The notes under the pieces are model-generated. The model did not search any database. It saw nothing but the letters and a program-made list of their open reading frames with translations, and was not told the DNA's origin. Below are positions 45,623-57,200 of a stretch of DNA of 64,000 bases, piece after piece. The position numbers and the translations under genes are program-made. Origin of the DNA: Macrostomum lignano (lineage: Eukaryota); the NCBI GenBank assembly GCA_002269645.1, contig NIVC01000581.1, positions 372,001 through 436,000 on the forward strand. The letters run 5' to 3'. Numbering within the stretch: the first letter of the stretch is position 1; each line of letters opens with the position of its first letter.

Positions 45623-47759
45623 ATGGCAGGGAACACCAGGGGCAGCGGGCGATGGCCGGAGCCGGAGCGGCTGACGGACGAGGAGTTGCACCGGCTGATC
45701 CTGCAGGCCTACGAAGACTCGGCCGACCTCACGCAGCTGCAGCTCAGCATGCAGGCCGTCATGCTGGCCGACCCGGAGCGAATCCGTCAGGCCTACAAGC
45801 GGGTCGTGCAGCTCAAGGGCGGCGCCCGGGGCCGCTCCGTCTCTGAGGTTCGTGGCTTGCGGGCTTGCGGGCATGACATGGTTGTGTTGGCTCAGTGTTG
45901 CCTCAGGGCATGAGATCGGCATGACAAGGTTGTGTTGGCTCCATGAGATCAGCATGACATGGCTGTGTTGGTTCCATGAGATCGGCATGACATGGCTGTG
46001 TTGGCTCAGTGTTGTCTCAGGGCATGAGATAGGCATGACATGGTTGTGTTGGCTCAGTGTTGCCTTAGGGCATGAGATCGGCATGACATGGTTGTGTTGG
46101 CTCAGTGTTGCCTCAGGACATGAGATCGGCATGACATGATTGTGTTGGCTCAGTGTTGTCTCAGGACATGAGATCGGCATGACATGGTTGTGTTGGCTCA
46201 GTGTTGCCTCAGGGCATGAGATCGGCATGACATCGTTGTATTAGCACCCATGTGAGCGCGTGCATTCGTAGGTATCCAGGTTTAATGCAAAATGTGATGA
46301 CGAAAGCTGACCGAATTTATTATTAATTACCTTAGTATTCAGACAAGGCTGGCGTCGGCCCTATAAGCGCACCATAATTGCCAATAAATCTTGCTCGAAT
46401 TCTTGCAGCAACAGCAGCAGCAGCCGCCGCCGCCTCGGCCCTCGCTAATCCTGATGGACGCCGGGAGCCAGCAGCGGAAGTCGCAGCGGCGCAGGTCCAA
46501 CCCGGCACAGCAGCGCGGCGGGCACCGGAAGAGCGGCAGCTCCTCGGATGCGGCCGCGCTGTCAGCCCTGATGGACGCGTCCGCCTTCAAGGAGGTGGCG
46601 GGCAGCCTGGAGACGCTGCGGTCCGAACTGGCCGCCCTGTGCCGCGTGCGCCACGAGAACCTGCTGTGCCTCACCGGCGCCAGGCCCGGCAAGGCCGGCC
46701 GCTTCACCCTGGAATTTGACCTGGCCAGCGCCAGTCACGTGACCCTGCTGGAGCTCTTTCGCGAGGCCGGCGCCGAGGGCCAGCCGCTGAACGGCTGCGA
46801 GATCGCCTGTGTGCTGGCGCAGGCCTGCCTCGGGTTGCTTTTTCTCACCGACTGCGCTGCCGTCACCGTCCTGCGCAACGTGCGGCTGCGCCCCGAGGCC
46901 TGCCTGCTCACCAGAAACATCCTGCTCACCAGCAGGTGCGAAAAGACACTGCAGTCCCTCCCACAGACACTGCAGTCCCTCCCACAGACACTGCAGTCCC
47001 TCCCACAGACACTGCAGTCCCTCCCACAGACACTGCAATCCCTCCCACAGACACTGCAGTTCCTCCCACAGACACTGCAGTCCCTCCCACAGACACTGCA
47101 GTCCCTCTCACAGACACTGCAGTCCCTCTCACAGACACTGCAGTCCCTCCCACAGACACTGCAGTTCCTCCCACAGACACTGCAGTCCCTTCCGCCTCTC
47201 TCGCACCTGCAGCGGGCTCATCAAGCTCTGCGGCCATCATCAGGCGCTGCAGCTGCCGCGGTCCTCCATGCTGTCGAGAGCGGTTCCAACCAGAAGCATC
47301 CTGGAGGAGGGGGCCGAAGACGAGCTGGACGACGAGTTCCTGGAGAGCGAGCCGGACAGTGCTCGCGGCCGGCCGGGCCAGCTGGCTCACCGGTTGGCGC
47401 AGCTGCTGTACGAGCTGGACCACACGGAGCACCGGCCGCTGCGCTGTCTCACCGACTGCTCGCGGGCGGAGCGCGAGCTGCTGGACCAGCGGTACGCCCG
47501 GCTGTTCGGCCTCTGCTCGGACTGGGACGCCACGAAACCGGTGGGTGCGAGCCTGCATGCCGAGTCCAGTCGGGCTGGGTGCACTTTTGTCAAGTTTTAT
47601 TGACAAGAAGGTAAGATTTGATTTACTCACACCGATGCCCACTCATTCCAGCTGGATCTGCGCTGCGTGCTGCATTCGAACTTCATCAATGAGCAGACTT
47701 CGTCCATAAACAGCTACCAGATGCCGCTGGAGTTGGTGTTCGCCACCAGGTCTTGCTAA
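45623..47759 (+). CDS. Protein-kinase-fold pseudokinase (395 aa, 4 exons)
   Basis: Exons 45623-45847, 46409-46935, 47213-47540, 47652-47759; all GT/AG with consistent phase (1188 nt). Kinase scaffold [50 protein letters not shown] and [14 protein letters not shown], but no GxGxxG, HRD or DFG. Confidence 0.75.
45868..46235. repeat. 48-bp minisatellite, pseudokinase intron 1
   Basis: GGCATGAGATCGGCATGACATGGTTGTGTTGGCTCAGTGTTGCCTCAG units. Confidence 0.95.
46942..47190. repeat. 21-bp minisatellite, pseudokinase intron 2
   Basis: CAGACACTGCAGTCCCTCCCA, about 12 copies. Confidence 0.95.
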
Positions 47760-48200
47760 GCAGTCCACATTACCAGATGAGCAGCCCACAACTGATGGCT
47801 CAGTCCCACGAACAATCCACCTCAAGCAGCTCAATGGGGCATCGCTGTATCAGATTTTGTACCAGGGCGCTGGCGGAGAAGAGCAGCCCTCAGGGTTTTG
47901 CTGCGACTGAAAGCTCAGAAGCTGCCCGTCATTTCTATTTGTAAAAAACATCGCACAACAAAGCTGTGAATTTGTGAAACAACTGCATCCTTCTTTAATG
48001 AAATATACTGTTTTTAGTTCTAAAATGCATGTTGCAGCTTCACATACACAATACACTGATCTTCAAGCAGATTGAGGTCACTAAACTGAAAGTCTAAAAC
48101 AAACTACTGTTGTTCAGGTCATCCTGCATCGGCTTTCTTTGAAGGCACTTAAAGGCTTTGAAAAATTGAAGGCACATCAGGAATGAGTTTTAGACGCCTG

Positions 48201-51200
48201 AGATCAGTAGTGATTGTCAGGAGGATGAGGAGTGATTCTCAGGGAGGATCAGGAGTGATTCTCAGGGAGGATCAGGAGTGATTCTCAGGGAGATCAGGAG
48301 TGATTCTCAGGGAGGATCAGGAGTGATTCTCAGGGAGGATCAGGAGTGATTCTCAGGGAGGATCAGGAGTGATTCTCAGGGAGGATAGGGAGGATCAGGA
48401 GTGATTGTCAGGGAGGATGAGGAGTGATCCTCAGGGAGGATCAGGAGTGATTGTCAGGGAGGATCAGGAGTGATTCTCAGGGAGGATCAGGAGTGATTCT
48501 CAGGGAGGATAGGGAGGATCAGGAGTGATTGTCAGGGAGGATCAGGAGTGATTCTCAGGGAGGATCAGGAGTGATTCTCAGGGAGGATAGGGAGGATCAG
48601 GAGTGATTCTCAGGGAGGATGAGGAGTGATTGTCAGGGAGGATCAGGAGTGATTCTCAGGGACGATCAGGAGTGATTGTCAGGGAGGATGAGGAGTGATC
48701 CTCAGGGAGGATCAGGAGTGATTCTCAGGGAGGATCAGGAGTGATTCTCAGGGAGGATAGGGAGGATCAGGAGTGATTGTCAGGGAGGATGAGGAGTGAT
48801 CCTCAGGGAGGATCAGGAGTGATTCTCAGGGAGGATGAGGAGTGATTCTCAGGGAGGATCAGGAGTGATTCTCAGGGAGGATCAGGAGTGATTCTCAGGG
48901 ACGATCAGGAGTGATTCACAGGGAGGATCAGGAGTGATTCTCAGGGAGGATCAGGAGTGATTCTAAGGGAGGATAGGGAGGATCAGGAGTGATTGTCAGG
49001 GAGGATCAGGAGTGATTCTCAGGGAGGATCAGGAGTGATTCTAAGGGAGGATAGGGAGGATCAGGAGTGATTGTCACGGAGGATCAGGAGTGATTCTCAG
49101 GGAGGATCAGGAGTGATTCTCAGGGAGGATCAGGAGTGATTCTCAGGGAGGATAGGGAGGATCAGGAGTGATTGTCAGGGAGGATCAGGAGTGATTCTCA
49201 GGGAGGATCAGGAGTGATTCTCAGGGAGGATAGGGAGGATCAGAGTGATTGTCAGGGAGGATCAGGAGTGATTCTCAGGGAGGATCAGGAGTGATTCTCA
49301 GGGAGGATAGGGAGGATCAGGAGTGATTCTCAGGGAGGATCAGGAGTGATTCTCAGGGACGATCAGGAGTGATTCACAGGGAGGATCAGGAGTGATTCTC
49401 AGGGAGGATCAGGAGTGATTCTCAGGGAGGATCAGGAGTGATTGTCAGGGAGGATCAGGAGTGATTCTCAGGGAGGATCAGGAGCGATTGTCAGGGAGGA
49501 TCAGGAGTGATTCTCAGGGAGGATCAGGAGTGATTCTCAGGGAGGATGAGGAGTGATTGTCAGGGAGGATCAGGAGTGATTCTCAGGGAGGATCAGGAGT
49601 GATTGTCAGGGAGGATCAGGAGTGATTCTCAGGGAGGATCAGGAGCGATTGTCAGGGAGGATCAGGAGTGATTCTCAGGGAGGATCAGGAGTGATTCTCA
49701 AAGGGAGGATGAGGAGTGATGCTCAGGGAGGATCAGGAGTGATTCTAAGGGAGGATCAGTAGTGATTGTCAGGGAGGATCAGGAGTGATTCTAAGGGAGG
49801 ATCAGTAGTGATTGTCAGGGAGGATCAGGAGTGATTGTCAGGGAGGATCAGGAGTGATTCTCAGGGAGGATCAGGAGTGATTCTCAGGGAGGATCAGGAG
49901 TGATTCTCAGGGAGGATGAGGAGTGATTGTCAGGGAGGATCAGGAGTGATTGTCAGGGAGGATCAGGAGTGATTCTCATGGAGGATCAGGAGTGATTCTA
50001 AGGGAGGATCAGGAGTGATTGTCAGGGAGGATCAGGAGTGATTGTCAGGGAGGATCAGGAGTGATTGTCAGGGAGGATCAGGAGTGATTCTCAGGGAGGA
50101 TCAGGAGTGATTCTCAGGGAGGATAGGGAGGATCAGGAGTGATTGTCAGGGAGGATCAGGAGTGATTCTCAGGGAGGATCAGGAGTGATTCTCAGGGAGG
50201 ATAGGGAGGATCAGGAGTGATTGTCAGGGAGGATCAGGAGTGATTCTCAGGGAGGATCAGGAGTGATTCTCAGGGAGGATAGGGAGGATCAGGAGTGATT
50301 CTCAGGGAGGATCAGGAGTGATTCTCAGGGACGATCAGGAGTGATTCACAGGGAGGATCAGGAGTGATTCTCAGGGAGGATCAGGAGTGATTCTCAGGGA
50401 GGATCAGGAGTGATTGTCAGGGAGGATCAGGAGTGATCCTCAGGGAGGATCAGGAGCGATTGTCAGGGAGGATCAGGAGTGATTCTCAGGGAGGATCAGG
50501 AGTGATTCTCAGGGAGGATGAGGAGTGATTGTCAGGGAGGATCAGGAGTGATTCTCAGGGAGGATCAGGAGTGATTGTCAGGGAGGATCAGGAGTGATTC
50601 TCAGGGAGGATCAGGAGCGATTGTCAGGGAGGATCAGGAGTGATTCTCAGGGAGGATCAGGAGTGATTCTCAGAGGGAGGATGAGGAGTGATGCTCAGGG
50701 AGGATCAGGAGTGATTCTAAGGGAGGATCAGTAGTGATTGTCAGGGAGGATCAGGAGTGATTCTAAGGGAGGATCAGTAGTGATTGTCAGGGAGGATCAG
50801 GAGTGATTGTCAGGGAGGATCAGGAGTGATTCTCAGTGAGGATCAGGAGTGATTGTCAGGGAGGATCAGGAGTGATTCTCAGGGAGGATCAGGAGTGATT
50901 GTCAGGGCGGATCAGGAGTGATTGTCAGGGAGGATCAGGAGTGATTCTCATGGAGGATCAGGAGTGATTCTAAGGGAGGATCAGGAGTGATTGTCAGGGA
51001 GGATCAGGAGTGATTCTCAGGGAGGATCAGGAGTGATTCTAAGGGAGGATAGGGAGGATCAGGAGTGATTGTCAGGGAGGATCAGGAGTGATTCTCAGGG
51101 AGGATCAGGAGTGATTCTCAGGGAGGATCAGAAGTGATTCTCAGGGAGGATAGGGAGGATCAGGAGTGATTGTCAGGGAGGATCAGGAGTGATTCTCAGG

Positions 51201-54200
51201 GAGGATCAGGAGTGATTCTCAGGGAGGATAGGGAGGATCAGGAGTGATTGTCAGGGAGGATCAGGAGTGATTCTCAGGGAGGATCAGGAGTGATTCTCAG
51301 GGAGGATAGGGAGGATCAGGAGTGATTCTCAGGGAGGATCAGGAGTGATTCTCAGGGAGGATCAGGAGTGATTCTCAGGGACGATCAGGAGTGATTCACA
51401 GGGAGGATCAGGAGTGATTCTCAGGGAGGATCAGGAGTGATTCTCAGGGAGGATCAGGAGTGATTGTCAGGGAGGATCAGGAGTGATTCTCAGGGAGGAT
51501 CAGGAGTGATTCAGGGAGGATCAGGAGTGATTCAGGGAGGATCAGGAGTGATTCTCAGGGAGGATCAGGAGTGATTCTAGGGAGGATCAGGAGTGATTGT
51601 CAGGGAGGATCAGGATCAGGAGTGATTCTCAGGGAGGATCAGGAGTGATTCTCAGGGAGGATCAGGAGTGATTCTCAGGGAGGATAGGGAGGATCAGGAG
51701 TGATTGTCAGGGAGGATCAGGAGTGATTCTCAGGGAGGATCAGGAGTGATTCTCAGGGAGGATAGGGAGGATCAGGAGTGATTGTCAGGGAGGATCAGGA
51801 GTGATTCTCAGGGAGGATCAGGAGTGATTCTCAGGGAGGATAGGGAGGATCAGGAGTGATTCTCAGGGAGGATAGGGAGGATCAGGAGTGATTCTCAGGG
51901 AGGATCAGGAGTGATTCTCAGGGACGATCAGGAGTGATTCACAGGGAGGATCAGGAGTGATTCTCAGGGAGGATCAGGAGTGATTCTCAGGGAGGATCAG
52001 GAGTGATTCTCAGGGAGGATCAGGAGTGATTCTCAGGGAGGATCAGGAGTGATTCTCAGGGAGGATCAGGAGTGATTGTCAGGGAGGATCAGGAGTGATT
52101 CTCAGGGAGGATCAGGAGTGATTCTCAGGGAGGATCAGGAGTGATTCTCAGGGAGGATCAGGAGTGATTCTCAGGGAGGATCAGGAGTGATTCTCAGGGA
52201 CGATCAGGAGTGATTCACAGGGAGGATCAGGAGTGATTCTCAGGGAGGATCAGGAGTGATTCTCAGGGAGGATCAGGAGTGATTGTCAGGGAGGATCAGG
52301 AGTGATTGTCAGGGAGGATCAGGAGTGATTCTCAGGGAGGATCAGGAGTGATTCTCAGGGAGGATCAGGAGTGATTCTCAGGGAGGATGAGGAGTGATTG
52401 TCAGGGAGGATCAGGAGTGATTGTCAGGGAGGATCAGGAGTGATTGTCAGGGAGGATCAGGAGTGATTCTCAGGGAGGATCAGGAGTGATTGTCAGGGAG
52501 GATCAGGAGTGATTCTCAGGGAGGATCAGGAGTGATTCTCAGGGAGGATCAGGAGTGATTCTCAGGGAGGATCAGGAGTGATTCTAGGGAGGATCAGGAG
52601 TGATTCTCAGGGAGGATCAGGAGTGATTCTCAGGGAGGATAGGAGGATCAGGAGTGATTGTCAGGGAGGATCAGGAGTGATTCTCAGGGAGGATCAGGAG
52701 TGATTCTCAGGGAGGATAGGAGGATCAGGAGTGATTCTCAGGGAGGATCAGGAGTGATTCTCAGGGAGGATCAGGAGTGATTGTCAGGGAGGATCAGGAG
52801 TGATTCTCAGGGAGGATCAGGAGTGATTCTCAGGGAGGATCAGGAGTGATTGTCAGGGAGGATCAGGAGTGATTCTCAGGGAGGATCAGGAGTGATTGTC
52901 AGGGAGGATCAGGAGTGATTCTCAGGGAGGATCAGGAGTGATTCTCAGGGAGGATCAGGAGTGATTCTCAGGGAGGATCAGGAGTGATTCTCAGGGGATC
53001 AGGATGATTGTCAGGAGGATCAGGAGTGATTCTCAGGGAGGATCAGGAGTGATTCTCAGGGAGGATCAGGAGTGATTCTCAGGGAGGATAGGGAGGATCA
53101 GGAGTGATTCTCAGGGAGGATCAGGAGTGATTCTCAGGGAGGATCAGGAGTGATTCACAGGGAGGATCAGGAGTGATTCTCAGGGAGGATCAGGAGTGAT
53201 TCTCAGGGAGGATCAGGAGTGATTGTCAGGGAGGATCAGGAGTGATTCTCAGGGAGGATCAGGAGTGATTGTCAGGGAGGATCAGGAGTGATTCTCAGGG
53301 AGGATCAGGAGTGATTCTCAGGGAGGATGAGGAGTGATTGTCAGGGAGGATCAGGAGTGATTCTCAGGGAGGATCAGGAGTGATTGTCAGGGAGGATCAG
53401 GAGTGATTCTCAGGGAGGATCAGGAGCGATTGTCAGGGAGGATCAGGAGTGATTCTCAGGGAGGATCAGGAGTGATTCTCAGAGGGAGGATGAGGAGTGA
53501 TTGTCAGGGAGGATCAGGAGTGATTCTAGGGAGGATCAGGAGTGATTGTCAGGGAGGATCAGGAGTGATTCTAAGGGAGGATCAGAGTGATTGTCAGGGA
53601 GGATCAGGAGTGATTGTCAGGGAGGATCAGGAGTGATTCTCAGGAGATCAGGAGTGATTGTCAGGGAGGATCAGGAGTGATTCTCAGGGAGGATCAGGAG
53701 TGATTCTCAGGGAGGATCAGGAGTGATTGTCAGGGAGGATCAGGAGTGATTCTCAGGAGGATCAGGAGTGATTCTAGGGAGGATCAGGAGTGATTGTCAG
53801 GGAGGATCAGGAGTGATTCTCAGGGAGGATCAGGAGTGATTCTAAGGGAGGATAGGGAGGATCAGGAGTGATTGTCAGGGAGGATCAGGAGTGATTCTCA
53901 GGGAGGATCAGGAGTGATTCTCAGGGAGGATAGGGAGGATCAGGAGTGATTGTCAGGGAGGATCAGGAGTGATTCTCAGGGAGGATCAGGAGTGATTCTC
54001 AGGGAGGATAGGGAGGATCAGGAGTGATTCTCAGGGAGGATAGGGAGGATCAGGAGTGATTCTCAGGGAGGATAGGGAGGATCAGGAGTGATTCTCAGGG
54101 AGGATAGGGAGGATCAGGAGTGATTCTCAGGGAGGATCAGGAGTGATTCTCAGGGAGGATAGGGAGGATCAGGAGTGATTCTCAGGGAGGATAGGAGGAT

Positions 54201-57200
54201 CAGGAGTGATTCTCAGGGAGGATCAGGAGTGATTCTCAGGGACGATCAGGAGTGATTCACAGGGAGGATCAGGAGTGATTCTCAGGGAGGATCAGGAGTG
54301 ATTCTCAGGGAGGATCAGGAGTGATTGTCAGGGAGGATCAGGAGTGATTCTCAGGGAGGATCAGGAGTGATTCTCAGGGAGGATGAGGAGTGATTGTCAG
54401 GGAGGATCAGGAGTGATTCTCAGGGAGGATCAGGAGTGATTGTCAGGGAGGATCAGGAGTGATTCTCAGGGAGGATCAGGAGTGATTGTCAGGGAGGATC
54501 AGGAGTGATTCTCAGGGAGGATCAGGAGTGATTCTCAGGGAGGATGAGGAGTGATGCTCAGGGAGGATCAGGAGTGATTCTAAGGGAGGATCAGTAGTGA
54601 TTGTCAGGGAGGATCAGGAGCGATTGTCAGGGAGGATCAGGAGTGATTCTCAGGGAGGATCAGGAGTGATTCTCAGGGAGGATGAGGAGTGATGCTCAGG
54701 GAGGATCAGGAGTGATTCTAGGGAGGATCAGGAGTGATTGTCAGGGAGGATCAGGAGTGATTCTAGGGAGGATCAGGAGTGATTGTCAGGGAGGATCAGG
54801 AGTGATTGTCAGGGAGGATCAGGAGTGATTCTCAGGGAGGATCAGGAGTGATTCTCAGGGAGGATCAGGAGTGATTCTCAGGGAGGATGAGGAGTGATTG
54901 TCAGGGAGGATCAGGAGTGATTGTCAGGGAGGATCAGGAGTGATTCTCAGGAGGATCAGGAGTGATTCTAGGGAGGATCAGGAGTGATTGTCAGGGAGGA
55001 TCAGGAGTGATTGTCAGGGAGGATCAGGAGTGATTGTCAGGGAGGATCAGGAGTGATTCTCAGGGAGGATCAGGAGTGATTCTCAGGGAGGATAGGGAGG
55101 ATCAGGAGTGATTGTCAGGGAGGATCAGGAGTGATTCTCAGGGAGGATCAGGAGTGATTCTCAGGGAGGATAGGGAGGATCAGGAGTGATTGTCAGGGAG
55201 GATCAGGAGTGATTCTCAGGGAGGATCAGGAGTGATTCTCAGGGAGGATAGGGAGGATCAGGAGTGATTCTCAGGGAGGATCAGGAGTGATTCTCAGGGA
55301 GGATCAGGAGTGATTCTCAGGGAGGATCAGGAGTGATTCTCAGGGAGGATCAGGAGTGATTCTCAGGGAGGATCAGGAGTGATTGTCAGGGAGGATCAGG
55401 AGTGATTCTCAGGGAGGATCAGGAGTGATTGTCAGGGAGGATCAGGAGTGATTCTCAGGGAGGATCAGGAGTGATTCTCAGGGAGGATCAGGAGTGATTG
55501 TCAGGGAGGATCAGGAGTGATTCTCAGGGAGGATCAGGAGTGATTGTCAGGGAGGATCAGGAGTGATTCTCAGGGAGGATCAGGAGTGATTGTCAGGGAG
55601 GATCAGGAGTGATTCTCAGGAGGATCAGGAGTGATTCTCAGGGAGGATGAGGAGTGATGCTCAGGGAGGATCAGGAGTGATTCTCAGGGAGGATCAGGAG
55701 TGATTGTCAGGGAGGATCAGGAGTGATTCTAGGGAGGATCAGGAGTGATTGTCAGGGAGGATCAGGAGTGATTGTCAGGGAGGATCAGGAGTGATTCTCA
55801 GGAGGATCAGGAGTGATTGTCAGGGAGGATCAGGAGTGATTCTCAGGGAGGATCAGGAGTGATTGTCAGGGAGGATCAGGAGTGATTCTCAGGGAGGATC
55901 AGGAGTGATTCTCAGGAGGATCAGGAGTGATTCTAGGGAGGATCAGGAGTGATTGTCAGGGAGGATCAGGAGTGATTCTCAGGGAGGATCAGGAGTGATT
56001 CTAGGGAGGATAGGGAGGATCAGGAGTGATTGTCAGGGAGGATCAGGAGTGATTCTCAGGGAGGATCAGGAGTGATTCTCAGGGAGGATCAGGAGTGATT
56101 CTCAGGGAGGATAGGAGGATCAGGAGTGATTGTCAGGGAGGATCAGGAGTGATTCTCAGGGAGGATCAGGAGTGATTCTCAGGGAGGATAGGGAGGATCA
56201 GGAGTGATTGTCAGGGAGGATCAGGAGTGATTCTCAGGGAGGATCAGGAGTGATTCTCAGGGAGGATAGGGAGGATCAGGAGTGATTCTCAGGGAGGATC
56301 AGGAGTGATTCTCAGGGAGGATCAGGAGTGATTCTCAGGGACGATCAGGAGTGATTCACAGGGAGGATCAGGAGTGATTCTCAGGGAGGATCAGGAGTGA
56401 TTCTCAGGGAGGATCAGGAGTGATTGTCAGGGAGGATCAGGAGTGATTCTCAGGGAGGATCAGGAGCGATTGTCAGGGAGGATCAGGAGTGATTCTCAGG
56501 GAGGATCAGGAGTGATTCTAAGGGAGGATAGGGAGGATCAGGAGTGATTGTCAGGGAGGATCAGGAGTGATTCTCAGGGAGGATCAGGAGTGATTCTCAG
56601 GGAGGATCAGGAGTGATTCTCAGGGAGGATAGGGAGGATCAGGAGTGATTGTCAGGGAGGATCAGGAGTGATTCTCAGGGAGGATCAGGAGTGATTCTCA
56701 GGGAGGATAGGAGGATCAGGAGTGATTGTCAGGGAGGATCAGGAGTGATTCTCAGGGAGGATCAGGAGTGATTCTCAGGGAGGATAGGGAGGATCAGGAG
56801 TGATTCTCAGGGAGGATAGGGAGGATCAGGAGTGATTCTCAGGGAGGATCAGGAGTGATTCTCAGGGACGATCAGGAGTGATTCACAGGGAGGATCAGGA
56901 GTGATTCTCAGGGAGGATCAGGAGTGATTCTCAGGGAGGATCAGGAGTGATTCTCAGGGAGGATCAGGAGTGATTCTCAGGGAGGATCAGGAGTGATTCT
57001 CAGGGAGGATCAGGAGTGATTCTCAGGGAGGATCAGGAGTGATTCTCAGGGAGGATCAGGAGTGATTGTCAGGGAGGATCAGGAGTGATTCTCAGGGAGG
57101 ATCAGGAGTGATTCTCAGGGAGGATCAGGAGTGATTCTCAGGGAGGATCAGGAGTGATTGTCAGGGAGGATCAGGAGTGATTCTCAGGGAGGATCAGGAG

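Noticed and set aside
44614-45660. Extra N-terminal pseudokinase exons (MAHIESLAKLCFAFKKQKET...) joined through a frameshift at GATGGCCGGAG
   Set aside because: Requires a 29-nt intron and an assumed missing base; not supportable without transcript data.
47760-48190. Further 3' exons of the pseudokinase (e.g. VILHRLSLKALKGFEKLKAHQE*)
   Set aside because: An in-frame stop already closes the model at 47759, and linking these needs a ~28-nt intron.
53403-53636. 77-aa ORF inside the satellite
   Set aside because: Chance open frame created by 1-nt indels in the 23-bp array.
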